Of a stretch of DNA of 64,000 nucleotides, positions 1 through 17,129 are shown one piece after another. Both the position numbers and the translations under genes were made by a program. Source of the DNA: Lobosporangium transversale (lineage: Eukaryota); NCBI RefSeq assembly GCF_002105155.1, contig NW_019028981.1, positions 372,001 through 436,000 of the forward strand, given 5' to 3'. The notes beneath the pieces were generated by a model, which saw nothing but the letters and a program-made list of their open reading frames with translations, was not told the DNA's origin and did not search any database. Every line of letters begins with the position of its first letter. Position 1 is the stretch's first letter.

Positions 1-1149
1 AAGATGACCCGTGAGCTTATTGATGGCGGTGCTTGTGGTATCCACTACTACACCTTCAACTTGGAGCGTAGCACACGTTTGATCCTTGAAGGAGCAGGTC
101 TTGTCAATAAGACTGTCTACATCAAAAAGAACATGCCTTGGCGCTCAAGCTTTGATGAGAAGCGCAAGGAGGAGTCTGTGCGTCCCATTTTCTGGTCCAA
201 TCGTACGAAATCATATATCAGCCGCACAGACAATTGGGATGAATTTCCTAACGGTCGCTGGGGTGACTCGCGCTCACCAGCTTATGGTGATCTTGACCGA
301 TATGGTGTTTATTTAAAGTACACAGCAGAAGAAGCGCACCAACATTGGGGCTCGCCTGAAAAGCTCGAGGACATCTACAAGCTCTTTGTTAAGTTTTGCT
401 GTGGTGAGATTCTGACACTGCCCTGGAGTGATCAGGCTCTAGCATTGGAGTCTGGAACCATCAAGGATCGTCTTGTTGAGCTCAATTCGTGTGGATATTT
501 GACAATCAACTCACAGCCCGCAGTCAATGGTGCTAAGAGTGATGACAAGATTGTTGGATGGGGACCAAAGGGTGGCTATGTCTATCAGAAAGCCTACCTC
601 GAGTTCTTTGTTTCGCCCGAAATTCTAGAAAAGCTCAAGATGCGCCTGTCCAAGTCCCCTCAGTTCACGTATATGGCTATCAATAAGACTGGAGACCTGC
701 ACACCAATACGAACGGTAGCAAGCCTAATGCTGTCACCTGGGGTGTCTTCCCGGGCCGCGAGGTTGTTCAGCCTACAATTGTTGAGCTCTCCAGCTTTGA
801 TGCATGGAAGGATGAAGCCTTTGCATTGTGGGAACAGTGGTCGAGATGCTATCCACAAAACTCCAAGTCTCATGAACTTTTGAACAACATTAATCAAACC
901 TGGTATCTGGTCAACATTGTAAATAATGATTACCACGAGAAGGACGGTATCTTTGAGCTCTTCAAGGAAGATATATTGAAGCTTCAGGCTCAGCAGACTA
1001 TTGTCGCTGACGGCGATGTTAATGGTATAGATGTACGCACAGGGGCAAGTGGAGCCAATATGGACCAAATTACTGCTAAGTTCAAGGAGACTACTGTGGT
1101 CAGCCCTGAGGTTGAGCCCCTGATCGTTGAGCAACCTCTGCGTGTTTAG
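1..1149 (+). CDS. MET13: Methylenetetrahydrofolate reductase, 3' part (5' end outside window)
   Basis: ORF 4..1149 has the end of the catalytic barrel (GIHYYTFNLE) and the eukaryotic SAM-binding regulatory domain motifs WDEFPNGRWGDSRSPAYG, TINSQPAVNG, GWGPKGGYVYQKAYLEFF and NAVTWGVFPGREVVQPT. Confidence 0.95.
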   Translation, partial: KMTRELIDGGACGIHYYTFNLERSTRLILEGAGLVNKTVYIKKNMPWRSSFDEKRKEESVRPIFWSNRTKSYISRTDNWDEFPNGRWGDSRSPAYGDLDRYGVYLKYTAEEAHQHWGSPEKLEDIYKLFVKFCCGEILTLPWSDQALALESGTIKDRLVELNSCGYLTINSQPAVNGAKSDDKIVGWGPKGGYVYQKAYLEFFVSPEILEKLKMRLSKSPQFTYMAINKTGDLHTNTNGSKPNAVTWGVFPGREVVQPTIVELSSFDAWKDEAFALWEQWSRCYPQNSKSHELLNNINQTWYLVNIVNNDYHEKDGIFELFKEDILKLQAQQTIVADGDVNGIDVRTGASGANMDQITAKFKETTVVSPEVEPLIVEQPLRV

Positions 1150-2624
1150 ACAGCAGTTTCTTTGATCTTAGAGTTGGATGAGAAAAAAAAAGGAAAAAAA
1201 ATGCTATGAGGAGCATTTTGAATGGACAAGAGAGTGTATAGAGTGGTTTTATTCTGCTTACCGTGTTGCCCCTGACCTTTGCCCTTTCCTGTTCATGTTC
1301 ATGATTGCCACACTCCTTTCAGAGTTTTTTTTTTTTTTTTTTTTTTTTTTCTTTCCTAGCCATGACGCGGCCTTTTTATTTTATTTTATTTTATTTTACG
1401 TTTCACTCATCAACATCTCTTCCGACATTTGTAATTGCCTGTTCAACACAGGACTCTTCTTTCCTTTTTTTTTTTTTTTTTTTTTTTTTTTGCTTTTTAA
1501 CATTATTGTACATTCCTTTCATTGTATACCTACGCTTGTTCAACACACCCTGTATATAAGTATGATTCCCATCCCTCCTTTTTTTATTTGATTTTATTTT
1601 ATATGCGGTACTAAGATCTTAACCCACAAGGTACTATTCAAATAAAAATAAGAAAACAAGAAAGAATTGCTTGTGATTTTTCAAATAGTATCATTGTCGC
1701 TCTTCTCGTTTATAAAGGTATAAAAGTCATGAACAATCCTGTCTATTTCTCTTCTCTTTGTACATACTTTTCGTACTTCAGAAAGCATTCTTCCACAACG
1801 AATCTTACGCTCTCTATGATATGTTATTATTACTGCTTATCGTTATAAGTAAAGTAGTGGCTTCTTTCTCAGCTCGTGCTAATACATTATCGTATCGATC
1901 ATCTACTCTAGCGCTAGGTTGTGAGTTCCAAGTGTCGGTCATTTACTACCAGCGCGAAATGGAGGGCTATTTGGTAGCCAAGCCATTTATGTCCAGGGAA
2001 TAGATCATAGCAACGAGCCGTGATAAAGAGATATAATTTGAATAGGCGTTAAAACTACAGTATACAGGATATAGTGTTGAGATATTATAAATTGCTTCTA
2101 TGTCTGTCTTGAACTATTTTAGCGGGTTGGTTTTCAGTGTTCGCGAGAGACTCACACCCTACTTTGGTTGAATGATACTGAGCTCCTTTTGCACAGAACA
2201 AACACTTTTTTCTGTGCATTGTAGAATGTCCGATTATAAATCTATGAAATAGATCAAGTTCTGTTCGTTGATTGGAGTGGGACCAAATACTTAAGGAGAG
2301 ATAGTAACTATGCATTGACTTGTCTGTCATAACGCATGGACCCTTCATAGTTCCAAATTCCATTTACAAAAAAAAATAAATAAAATAACTATTTATACAG
2401 ATATATAATATGTATTGACCGACCATTTGGTGTGTATGAGCGAATATATTGTTTTGTCGATCACTTTATCCTCTTTGATACAAATATTCTCCTTTCTTCC
2501 TGTTCTCTTCTCATGATCATTTCACATTCTCATTTGCTCCCCTCATTTGTTCATTTTGCAAAAGCATTCCTTTTTAAAGTTCCACGTGGTGTTGTGTTGC
2601 ACAGGATTCTCAGACACACGCGCA

Positions 2625-2662
<38 letters not shown>

Positions 2663-2674
2663 CAGACAACAAGC

Positions 2675-5600
2675 ATGAAGGGTTTAAACAGCTTCCCTTT
2701 TACAACCACTTCACTGAATATTGTCGCAGGAAAGAAACACCCCTCTACCCCGCCACCGCGTCTTCCTATCCTTCGACGTTCACAGTGGCGATCGTCAACG
2801 TCAAAAGCCCCCGCAATTGGCACAGAAGCCACAGCATCAGCACAAGATGCCAAGTGCTTGAAACACATATCTACTCAAGTTTTGCCTTCACAGCGTCAAC
2901 AGAAACAGTCGGGATTGTACACACGACGTTCACATCCAGTGCTCGATCATTTTGATCGTGAGGCGTTCAACGTCTGTGAATTTATTAAAGGTAAAAAAAG
3001 AAGGAATGCAAATCTTACCGATAATGTTCGCCCGAAATAATGGTAGAACCCTGATTTGCACTCCGGGTGGTAGAAATAACACTCCTATCATTTGGTTTCG
3101 CTTATGGAATGTTCATTTGATATATTAATATTTATACCTTTTTTTTACTCTCTCCTTCCTTTATATATGCACATACTCACTTCCTTTATATATGCACATA
3201 CTCACTTCATTATTGGGGGACAGATCGTCTCTACTTCATGTGGACACCAACTCGTCAAGTTAACACATGCAAGACAACTTTCTTGACTATCGACGATTAT
3301 TTGCAGTACACACCCTTCTTTTCAGACTTTGGTCCATTCAATATTGCGGACATATTCCGATTTTGTTGTCTTTTAAAAGAGCGGTTGGAGGTAATTCAAC
3401 GATCTTGACTATCGCAGATCTATGTCATACATAAGCATTTATTTAATGAGGTTATGACAATGATGTCCCTTCTATCGAGCTAAACTGACCTCCACATAAT
3501 TTTATATCGTAGCTAAACCGTAAAAATGGAAAGTTATTGTGCCTGTATACAAAGCCTGAGGATGAAAAGCGCGCGAATGCGGCTTTCGCTATCTGTTGTT
3601 ACATGGTAAGAAAAGCAGTAACAAATGTCAAATGAATGAAACCATTTTCCTAATGATCTAAAAAAAAAAAAAAAAAAAAAAAAATTATAGATGTTACTAC
3701 ACAACATGAGTCCGGAGGAGACATACGCACCCTTAGAGTCTGTGTATCCTCCGATTACATCTTACTGTGATGCCAGTTATGGACCCAGTACTTTTACCCT
3801 CACAATCCTCGACTGTCTTCATGGTCTTCGAAAGGCACTCGACCTTGGATTATTACAGTTGGATCGATTCGATCTAAAGGAATATGAACATTACGAACAA
3901 GTGCGTAATGGCGACTTTAACTGGATCACGCCGTTCTTCATTGCGTTTGCAGGGCCAAAGGACAGGACAACATATGAAGCATTGACTAAGAATAGTGGGC
4001 CAGGGGAAGCGGCAGTGCATCTAACAAAATCGTTTCAAAACATTCTTGATTACTTCGAAGCTCATAATGTCCAATGTATCGTTCGCTTGAACAACAAGAC
4101 GTATGACGAGACTCATTTCCGGAAACGAGGAATGGATCACATTGACTTGATCTACCCCGATGGAACGTGTCCATCCTGGTATATCGTAGAAGAGTTTTTA
4201 AATATTTGCGAGAGCGTCATTATGGATCAATCTCAAGCAAAGACAAGACTACAGGAACAAAGGCAACATCTATGCTCATCGACCGGTAAAGTGAAGCAAG
4301 CTCATGAATCAGATGGAACTGCCTCGCTGTCACATGATGAGAGTAGGAATAGAGGGATAGGAGTCATTGCAGTCCATTGTATGGCAGGATTAGGTCGGAC
4401 AGGTACGCTGATAGCAGTCTTCCTGATGCGTCATTTTGACATGAGTGCGCGTGAGGCAATTGCATTCTTGCGACTGATGCGTCCAGGAAGTGTAGTAGGA
4501 CTGCAGCAAAACTGGCTTGCGCAGAACGAGCACCAGATTCGGAATGGAAGCTGGGACATGGAACAGGCTCGCCTACAAATGGATCAAGGTTTTTCTAGAA
4601 GTTTACCTTCTGATCCTTCTAAATGTACTTTTACACCGCCGTTGCGATTAGTCTCGATAATGCCTAAGCCAAATACATATACAGATTATGAACAAGTATT
4701 TTCAAGAGTAAATTCCGAGGGAAAATGGTTGACACTTGCTGAGACTAAAACAAAAGGGAGAGAGACAGGTTCTAAGATTGAGGACGAGATAGAGACGGTA
4801 GCAACACCGGATAAGGATGATGTCAGCTCAAAGATAACTGAGAATAAGAACATGAGCACAGGCACAGGTGCAAGCAAGAGCATGGACCATGAAGACACTG
4901 TAACAAGCCAAAAGGCAATCAATATGAATTTTTCAACCACAAGCCAAGATGCAGGTGAAAACGGTACGGAATTTTTTATCATTTCCCAACATTGTGGGAA
5001 AAAAAGAAAAAAAAAAAAAAAAGCATGAAATTAAGCATAGAGCACTCAAACGTGCAAAGGCGAAGGGCGTTGCGCCCAGATCTAGATTCACACTCATGCT
5101 CTAACACTGCCTTTTTTTTTTTTTTTATTTATTTTTTTTTCTCTTTTTATCTCTGCGCCTCGTCTATGCCTTCGGAATAATTATCTCTTCAAGCTATACA
5201 GGAAGCTGAATATTCACAACCGTGTGTAAGGCAACAAGCCCCGATTAAAGCCCGAGGAAAGGTATCAGCACCTTCAGATATGGCACGTTTGGCTCTAGAG
5301 CGAACAAAAGAAGACCAAGAAGATGAAAAAGGGGGAGTCATGGGGTTGAGCGACATGGCCTCCTCTTTGGTAGAAAAAGAACATGTTGGGGACAGAGATT
5401 ATGTCATTCCAGCGCAACCTCGTAAACGCATTGGTGATCATGGGGAAACTATTCATACCGTGGCTCATGCCCAAACTCAAGGCAATCATGCAGAAGTGTT
5501 GAGTTTAATGTCAATTGGTAAATCTACAGACAGCATTAGAGGCAACTCTATTCAAGTCAAGGGAACAGAAGGGCAACAGAGGCAGCCATCGCCATCCATG

Positions 5601-5852
5601 TCATCTCATTCTGACCGTGCGCAAGTCCCACTTTTGCCAAAAATTTGTCTTCCAGCATCATTACCGCCGTCGGCCAGTGAGCAAACAAAAGGCTATCGTG
5701 ATAAGTATAGTGTCTTTAGTTCGTGTTGTGGCCCGGGCCATGGTAATGAACACAAACCAAAGCGACATTCAATAAATGCAACAAGAACAAGGGCAAGGAA
5801 AAGAACAACAAAACAACATAGTTGCCATGACGTTAATATTTGCAAATACTGA
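2675..5852 (+). CDS. CDC14: Cdc14-family dual-specificity protein phosphatase (5 exons)
   Basis: Predicted exons 2675-2990, 3224-3390, 3513-3605, 3691-~4963 and 5194-5852. Splicing gives EFIK|DRLYF, PFFSDFGPFN, KRANAAF, YEHYEQVRNGDFNWI, VRLN, YPDGTCP and the active-site HCMAGLGRTG. Last exon boundaries and start codon are less certain. Confidence 0.88.
3155..3208 (+). repeat. Tandem duplication of a 25-bp unit (~2.2 copies) in Cdc14 intron 1
   Basis: cttcctttatatatgcacatactca occurs twice in tandem, followed by cttc. Confidence 0.85.
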
Positions 5853-6649
5853 ATGCTCTGACGACTTTAATGGCGGACATTTTATGAGACGCTAAAAAGA
5901 AAATAGCGATGGTTAGAGATAAGACATTACCATTCATTATTCAACAGCGGCGAGATTCATTTCCTCCTTTAATTTCATTATCTTTGACTGAGAAAAATGA
6001 AAGAAATAAAAACAATCAAAACTACGTCATAGGAAGTGTTAAAACAGGCACAGGCACAGGTACAGGTCAGGTACAGTCACAGGGACAGGTGCAAGCTCAG
6101 ATGCAAGGCATACATGAATGTATTCGTGCGGGCAAAAGCACTCTGTATTGGTTCAATGACCGTTATGTGCAGTACGACATTGCTCTTTCTTTTTGGTACT
6201 AGAAATATGGATTGACAGGGACGGGAAAAAAAAAAAAAAAAAAAAAAAAAAAGGTTGTGCATGCACTCTAATACTACTCTCAATCGATATCATCAACATC
6301 GATATCGATCAAAAAACAAATAAATGTTTTATGAAGAATGTTATTGATGAGAGCTGTTTAGTAATCAAAGAAAAGAGTTGAATTGAGTATCTACGGAGGT
6401 ACAGAGAATGTCAATTGGATGCTGACATGCTCAAAGCGAACACAAAGAAAAAGCGCGTCAATTAAACAAATATTTATAACGGTGTAAAATGATGTTATAA
6501 TGTTATACAATATGGTTTTATTACAAGTTGAGGGAGGAGTATGTTTGTAGTGTTTGTCTAATTAAAAATATTACGAGATTTGGATCGACGGTGAGGGGTA
6601 TCAGTTTTCGAAATGGCGATAGTTGCTGTTTGGGGATTTTTTTTTTCTT

Positions 6650-8494
6650 TTAACCGCAGGCGACAACTTGAGTGTGAAGAGTTTCTCTCCAGTTCTTGGT
6701 TTGCATCTGTACTTTTTGCTTGATCTTCATCATATGAGCTTCTTCTTCGGCTTCTTGCTGTCGCTCTTGAAGGGTTCGGACAGGTGGAACAGGAGGCCAT
6801 ACCTGGAGAAGATCACGCTGCATCAAAACCTTGCGCATCATGAGCTGACACCGACATTCACTGCGTTTTGAATGGATGGGAACTGGTGAAGCCAATGTGG
6901 GACGGTCCTCATCCAAATGGACAATGAAGGACTCACGTGTAGGCAGGAACTGGTGAGGCAATAGGTGGTGGATGTTGGGGATGTACTGGAGCTCATAGAG
7001 TCCATACTCAAATTGATCCTGACCATCCGTAGATGGATCTAAGAGGGGCGAATAAGGTTCCAACGATTCGAATGGGTGAAGAAGCTGATGGTGATGTCGA
7101 TGATGTGTGTCATCATCATATGGAGACGAGGGATTGGAATTAGTGCTGTTGGCATTTGTGCTTGTGCTTGTGCTAGTGCTTGTGCTAGAGCCAGTTGTGT
7201 TGTTTGCGTTGTCCAAAGCGTTGTTGGTAGTGGAGCTAGCAACAGCAGAAGCAGTAGTGGTAGGGTTACTGTCGCCTCTGATATCATCTGTCTCCTCCTT
7301 CTCAATACGTTCTATGTTATCACAAGGAAGCACCCCTTTGTCGGCTAGTCTGGACTGTGCACGGTCTTCCGTCTCGTCATCCATTTTCCCATTGTCTGTT
7401 TCCTTATCTCCCCCTTCCTCCTGCTGCCTCTCCTCTGTAGACGAAGAGGACAAATTTTCGTCGTGCACGTCTTGGACATCGTCATTTTTATGCTGTTGCT
7501 GCTGTTGTTGTTGCTCGTCCTCATATTGCTCCCGTTCCTGCTCAAGAGCTGCATCGTTTCCCTGAGTATTGATGCTTGCATTGTATTCAGACCGAGCTCC
7601 TCTTTCATACAGAGACTGATCATCTACACTAGCGGCATCATGTGCATCGTCGACTGGGCCCTCTGTGGCAATGTCTGTCCACTTTGGGTACAAGTAAGAC
7701 GTTGCAGGACCAAGGACAGGTTCCACAAATATGTAACGTCGTCCACGTTTTAAATGTGCAACCCCCTCGCGGATGAACGTCTTTTTGGCCATGAAATAAT
7801 CACCTTCGGGCCATACAAGATCGTGAGCAGTGGCGTAACCCTGCCCTGCAACGGCGAGCGATGTAGACTGTTGCTGAGCCTGATTGTCTCCCAATGTTTG
7901 ATCGATAGCCGTGTCGACATCAGTATCTTTAGCGCCCTCTGGTCCTTGCTCTTTTTTCATTGGCAATTTTACTAGATCTTTTGATAATGCCCATTTAAGG
8001 AGACGGTGAGCAAGGGCTGGCTGCAATTGAGTAAGTGGGATACTGGATGCTGGTGGCTGCCACCGTGAGAGAATTGTAGATAGACTTGAAGGGGTAGATT
8101 CCTGTGAGTCGAGAAGGGAGGAATCATCGCTGATATGGTAAGCGGATGATGCAGAGAGAATGGTTGATGCGTTGGTAGAGCCATCATTCAACAATAGGCT
8201 CAATTGTGTTGCAACCGAGCGAGAGTGACGACTGGAAGGGATGGCAGAAGAAGAAGAGTGGGAAGTACTGCTGTTGTCGCAGTTATGTCGATGGAAGGAT
8301 GACGAACTGAAACAGGAGCAATAGGGTCTTGTCGATGATTTTTTTTGGACGATTGACACCTTTGGAAGAAACTCTTGAAGGCAGCACGTTCGTAACCGGT
8401 AGACGAGTGGATTTGAAAGCGATGCTGGAGAAGGTGAAAGATCCAGGGTCGAGTGTGGCGGTGGTGGTGGAGGAGGAGCTGCACGGCAAGGCAT
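6650..8494 (-). CDS. Hypothetical low-complexity protein (~614 aa)
   Basis: Uninterrupted 1.8-kb ORF from the ATG at 8494 (MPCRAAPPP...), with S/Q/E/T-rich tracts flanked by AT-rich non-coding DNA. No family recognised. Confidence 0.7.
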   Translation of the reverse strand: MPCRAAPPPPPPPHSTLDLSPSPASLSNPLVYRLRTCCLQEFLPKVSIVQKKSSTRPYCSCFSSSSFHRHNCDNSSTSHSSSSAIPSSRHSRSVATQLSLLLNDGSTNASTILSASSAYHISDDSSLLDSQESTPSSLSTILSRWQPPASSIPLTQLQPALAHRLLKWALSKDLVKLPMKKEQGPEGAKDTDVDTAIDQTLGDNQAQQQSTSLAVAGQGYATAHDLVWPEGDYFMAKKTFIREGVAHLKRGRRYIFVEPVLGPATSYLYPKWTDIATEGPVDDAHDAASVDDQSLYERGARSEYNASINTQGNDAALEQEREQYEDEQQQQQQQHKNDDVQDVHDENLSSSSTEERQQEEGGDKETDNGKMDDETEDRAQSRLADKGVLPCDNIERIEKEETDDIRGDSNPTTTASAVASSTTNNALDNANNTTGSSTSTSTSTSTNANSTNSNPSSPYDDDTHHRHHHQLLHPFESLEPYSPLLDPSTDGQDQFEYGLYELQYIPNIHHLLPHQFLPTRESFIVHLDEDRPTLASPVPIHSKRSECRCQLMMRKVLMQRDLLQVWPPVPPVRTLQERQQEAEEEAHMMKIKQKVQMQTKNWRETLHTQVVACG

Positions 8495-10363
8495 TTTTTT
8501 TTTGAAAGAAAGTGAGGGAAGAAGGAGAAGGGGAAATTGGCCAAAAAAGGACACAGACGAGGAGAAAGGAGAAAGTGGGAGGAAATTGTGCGGGAAAAAA
8601 AATAAATATAAAAAAGAGATGCAGGTTGAACTGATGTGTGCTTTAGTTATGGACTCAAAGACAAAAGAGACTCTATATATGAGCACTCCTGCTCCACATA
8701 TGAAGATATATAGGTTGTCTTTATTTTATTTTTTTCCTCTTTTTTTAAAGAGAAAGTTGTTCAGGGAGTTTATGAATGGGGAAAGATAGAAATGATGTAT
8801 GAAAGAAAAGAAAAGAAGTTGGGAGGGGAAGTGATGATATATGGATGATGGATTAAAAAGAGTTTAAAAAGAGTTCGGAAGTAAAAAAAAAAAAAAATAG
8901 TATTTCCAATGAAAAGAGGTGAATGGTGAGTTCGAGAATGTAGGTTTACGGTGTGTAAGAAGAGGATGAGAATCAGAATCAGAATCGGAATCGGAGAGGA
9001 AGGAAGACGAAGGATTGAAGAGCATGTGCTCCAAACAGGCCAATAACGATAGAAAGAGTAGAAAAGGAGTCAAGAAGAGAGAAACAGTGTAGAGAGTGTT
9101 TAAAGAAAGAAAGACCAGTTACGCGTGCAGATGACTCCCTTTTTATATTTTATTTTATATTTTATTTTTCTTATTCTTTTATTCTTTTTCTGTGAATGAG
9201 CACACACATCTCGGATATATACAAACGACAATTGTTTATTCACATCCAACCCAACCACGAGATCTCTAAAGACATCATAGGAAGAGAGGAATACCAATTG
9301 ATGTGTAGGCCTCTGTCATGTGAAGAGTCATTCACTCATTCGCAAATCACCAAACCTCTTTTGCCTCTTTGGCCCTTTTTTCCCGTACACATGCATTCCT
9401 TCCCTCTCCCCCTCCTACTAAAGTACCCTCAATTAGATAGATGGTGGGTGCACTGCTGCACTGTTATATGCATGTATCGCCATTCTTCGCACATCCTATT
9501 TTTGTCATTACAAAAAAAAAAAAAAAAAAGGCTGGGTATCAGTCGGTCTTTATTTCAAAAAAAAAAAAAAAAAAAAAAAAAAGAGAGAGAGAGAAATAAA
9601 AGAGCAACTGGTCAAACGACAATGTTTAGCTTAAGTAAAGAGCACTCGGACCGGAACCAAGTCCAGTACAAGTCGGGACGAGAACCCGCATTTAAGAAAA
9701 ATAGTAAATAAAAAAAAGACTTAACTATAATGCGCAATAAACCACAACCAAGTATCCTGAGAAAGTGATTGCTAGTCTTCAAAGTACATTGTGTTATTTT
9801 GTTTGCCTTCCCGTCATGTTTAGTCTCGTCTATCCCATCTCATCCGTACTTTTCCATATCATGTGTCTGCCATGGAGGCATCTAAACCATCAAGAACACG
9901 TTGCATTAGATGACAGACAAACAAGCCTATGCATAGAAAGCTAAAGGAGATACGGGTCCCAACGCCTAGTCCAAATGTCGTAAACGCACACGACAATACA
10001 TCAGCATGGTCATAAACAAATAAATGGATGTCCCTCACATCTTTATTTCTTTATTTGTGGGTTGCATGGTTAAATTTTTTAAATATCCACGTTGTGCATA
10101 CACGTACATATTATACATATTACATTGTACATTGTATTATTAGCACTTTTGCTCGGGTGCGCGTTTCCACAAACCATAATAAATTGAAAGGCGAAGCTCA
10201 AAACCAAAGCATCGAAATGTTGATGCGAGTTGTTTAGGACCGAGCAGTCGTCATAGTTTTTTTTTTTTTTTTTTTTTTTTTTGCATGAAGTGTGGTATTA
10301 CTTGATTCATAAAAAAAAAAACAACGGGGTCGGATCTCTCCTTTATTCTTCGTATGCCTCTTT

Positions 10364-13265
<2,902 letters not shown>

Positions 13266-14018
13266 TATTGTTAGTCTTTGAACCTCTTTGCTTTCTTATA
13301 CAAGCCACATAACGGCTTTCCACTTTCGAAAAGCAGTAAATAGCCTATACTTATTGTTTGTCTGTTTGGACCATCAGGGGGAAAAGCTGCTCAGACCACC
13401 AACAGACAAACAGACAAAGCAGACAAAACAGACAAAACAGACAAACACAGATTTACAGTAATACATCCTTTGGTGTGTGCAGTGTGACAAAAGGTTGCGC
13501 TTGGTGCCACACAGCACATCTGATGGCATTGTCTAATTTGTAGCTACGCTATAAGCTTACGAGAGGACACATCCTTTCAACCTTTTGACCATTGTGTTTA
13601 TGAGTAGCGCCACTAAATTTCAGGTACCTATACTAAATGTTCCGACTAAAACAAATTGTCCAAGTACAATTCGGCCTTTTGTCTGTTTTATCCTCGCCGT
13701 TAGCAGATCAAAAGGATGAAAGAAAAAAAGAAAGAAAGAAAGAAAGAAAAGCTATAGCAATGGGTCCCGACAAAGAAAGTACTAACGGCATTGGGGAAAA
13801 GGGAAGCAAATAAGAAGGTTGCGGGAAAAGAGGAATGTGGTTCCGCAAGGAAGAATTCCCGGACACTTTACAAGAGAGTGAGTGGCGTGGATCAGTACTT
13901 TTGTTCACTTGAGTGGACTTTTAAAAAAAAAAAAAAAAAAACATAAAAAACTTTCTATTTAGTTGTGCTTTCTCATCATCTTTTGTTCATTCCTCCTTCT
14001 TCACCCCTCCATCCTACA

Positions 14019-15443
<1,425 letters not shown>

Positions 15444-15491
15444 GAGTGATTTTTCCTTTTTATTTCATTTAATAGGCCATGAAGGAGCTCG

Positions 15492-15524
<33 letters not shown>

Positions 15525-15748
15525 TAGAATAGAATTAATAAAATATATTTGTATATATATATCATTATACTTCACGTGACGGCTCACAGCTCTTTTATTG
15601 CATTCGCCTCTTGAGCAAAGTAAAAACGGGCCTACCTTTCAGCTTTTTGCTTTATCTGTTTCTTTTTTCTTTTCTTTCCTTTTTTCTTTCATCTTAGTTC
15701 TTCAATACGATACTAAAACTCCTTCACCTTTCAAAAATCGAAACAAGG

Positions 15749-15780
<32 letters not shown>

Positions 15781-15800
15781 AAGAAAGAAAGAGAGCACGT

Positions 15801-17083
15801 ATGAAGTCTACAGTGCTGGAAGCAGAAGGAAGTGGTTCAGACTCTGATGTGTGGCAATGTGACTCTGATCTCGACCGGAATGAAAGTTTCTACGTCCCTA
15901 ATACATCATTCACCCAAAAGTTGACCGCTCTTGACCCGTCATTATACCATGGCACAGGGTAAAGTTTGGGTGATCGATTTCACGCAATGAATTCGGTTGT
16001 CATTCATGAATACTCATCTTTTTGGAAGTGTTCATTTTAATTTTTTTTCCTCTCTTACTTCTTATTTTTTCTGTCCTTGACTCTAAAAGTACTGGAGGGT
16101 GAGAGCTTTTGAGGACCGACAACACTTATCCTTGGAGTCGAAAGAGTTGTTTGAATAATACAGCAAGGAGGGATTTTTTCTTTCTTTTTTTAACACCAAC
16201 TTTTTTTTTTTTTTCGTTGGTCTTATTAGTGATGATTTCAGTACAGAGGACAATTTTGATCAGACGAGCGCATATATCAACCACCAGCTTAGTATCTATG
16301 GGTTTTCATCCAATCTTCAGTTCCTGAAAGCGGATAAGCAAAATGCATCCAGGATCGTCACTGCCCTTTACAAGATCTTGCAGCAACATCTGGTACATTG
16401 GGCTCAAAGAAGAAGAAAAAAAAAAATTCATATTCATATTCTACCGTTCAGGAAATTTCATGCAAATGAGATAATGCTGCACGATAGCAATTGATCTCAA
16501 CCACCCCACCCCTTTTTTTTTTCGCTAATACCCCCACACGTTGTATTTTTTTCATGGACCGTTAGAAAGATACCTCTCATAAAGAGGAGATGGATTTGAA
16601 TTGGAGACGACTTTCAAGTGATCATGATGCTGCAATTCAGAGATTGGTATGAACTAGTTTTTTTTTGTCGTGGAATAGGTCTTATTCAACTTACAAAATA
16701 TTGACAAACATGATATCTTTTCACCAGAATACCACAAAGTCACAATTGGAAAAAGCTGAGCGTGAGACAGACATCCTAGGAGGCAGGGTATCGTAAGTAT
16801 TTTGTTCCATCATATTAATTCATAAAAAAAAAAAAAAAGGGTAAATCAATAAAAGAATAAAAGGATTTCTCAAGTACTCGAAACTCTAAGCTTTTTATTT
16901 TTTTCCTCTTTTAACCATGACGAAATATCATTAATTATTATTGTTTGTAAATCGTAGAGCACTAGAAGATGAATTAAGAGCAGAGACAGAGAAACATCGC
17001 TACACACGAGAAGAGCTAAAGTCTGCGAAAGCAAATCTTCAATACATCAAAACACAATATGCTGTAAGTGCTTGACCAAATGG

Positions 17084-17129
<46 letters not shown>

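Noticed and set aside
1178..1591. Many short ORFs rich in poly-Phe or poly-Lys here and throughout the window
   Set aside because: They arise from poly(T)/poly(A) tracts in UTRs, introns and intergenic DNA.
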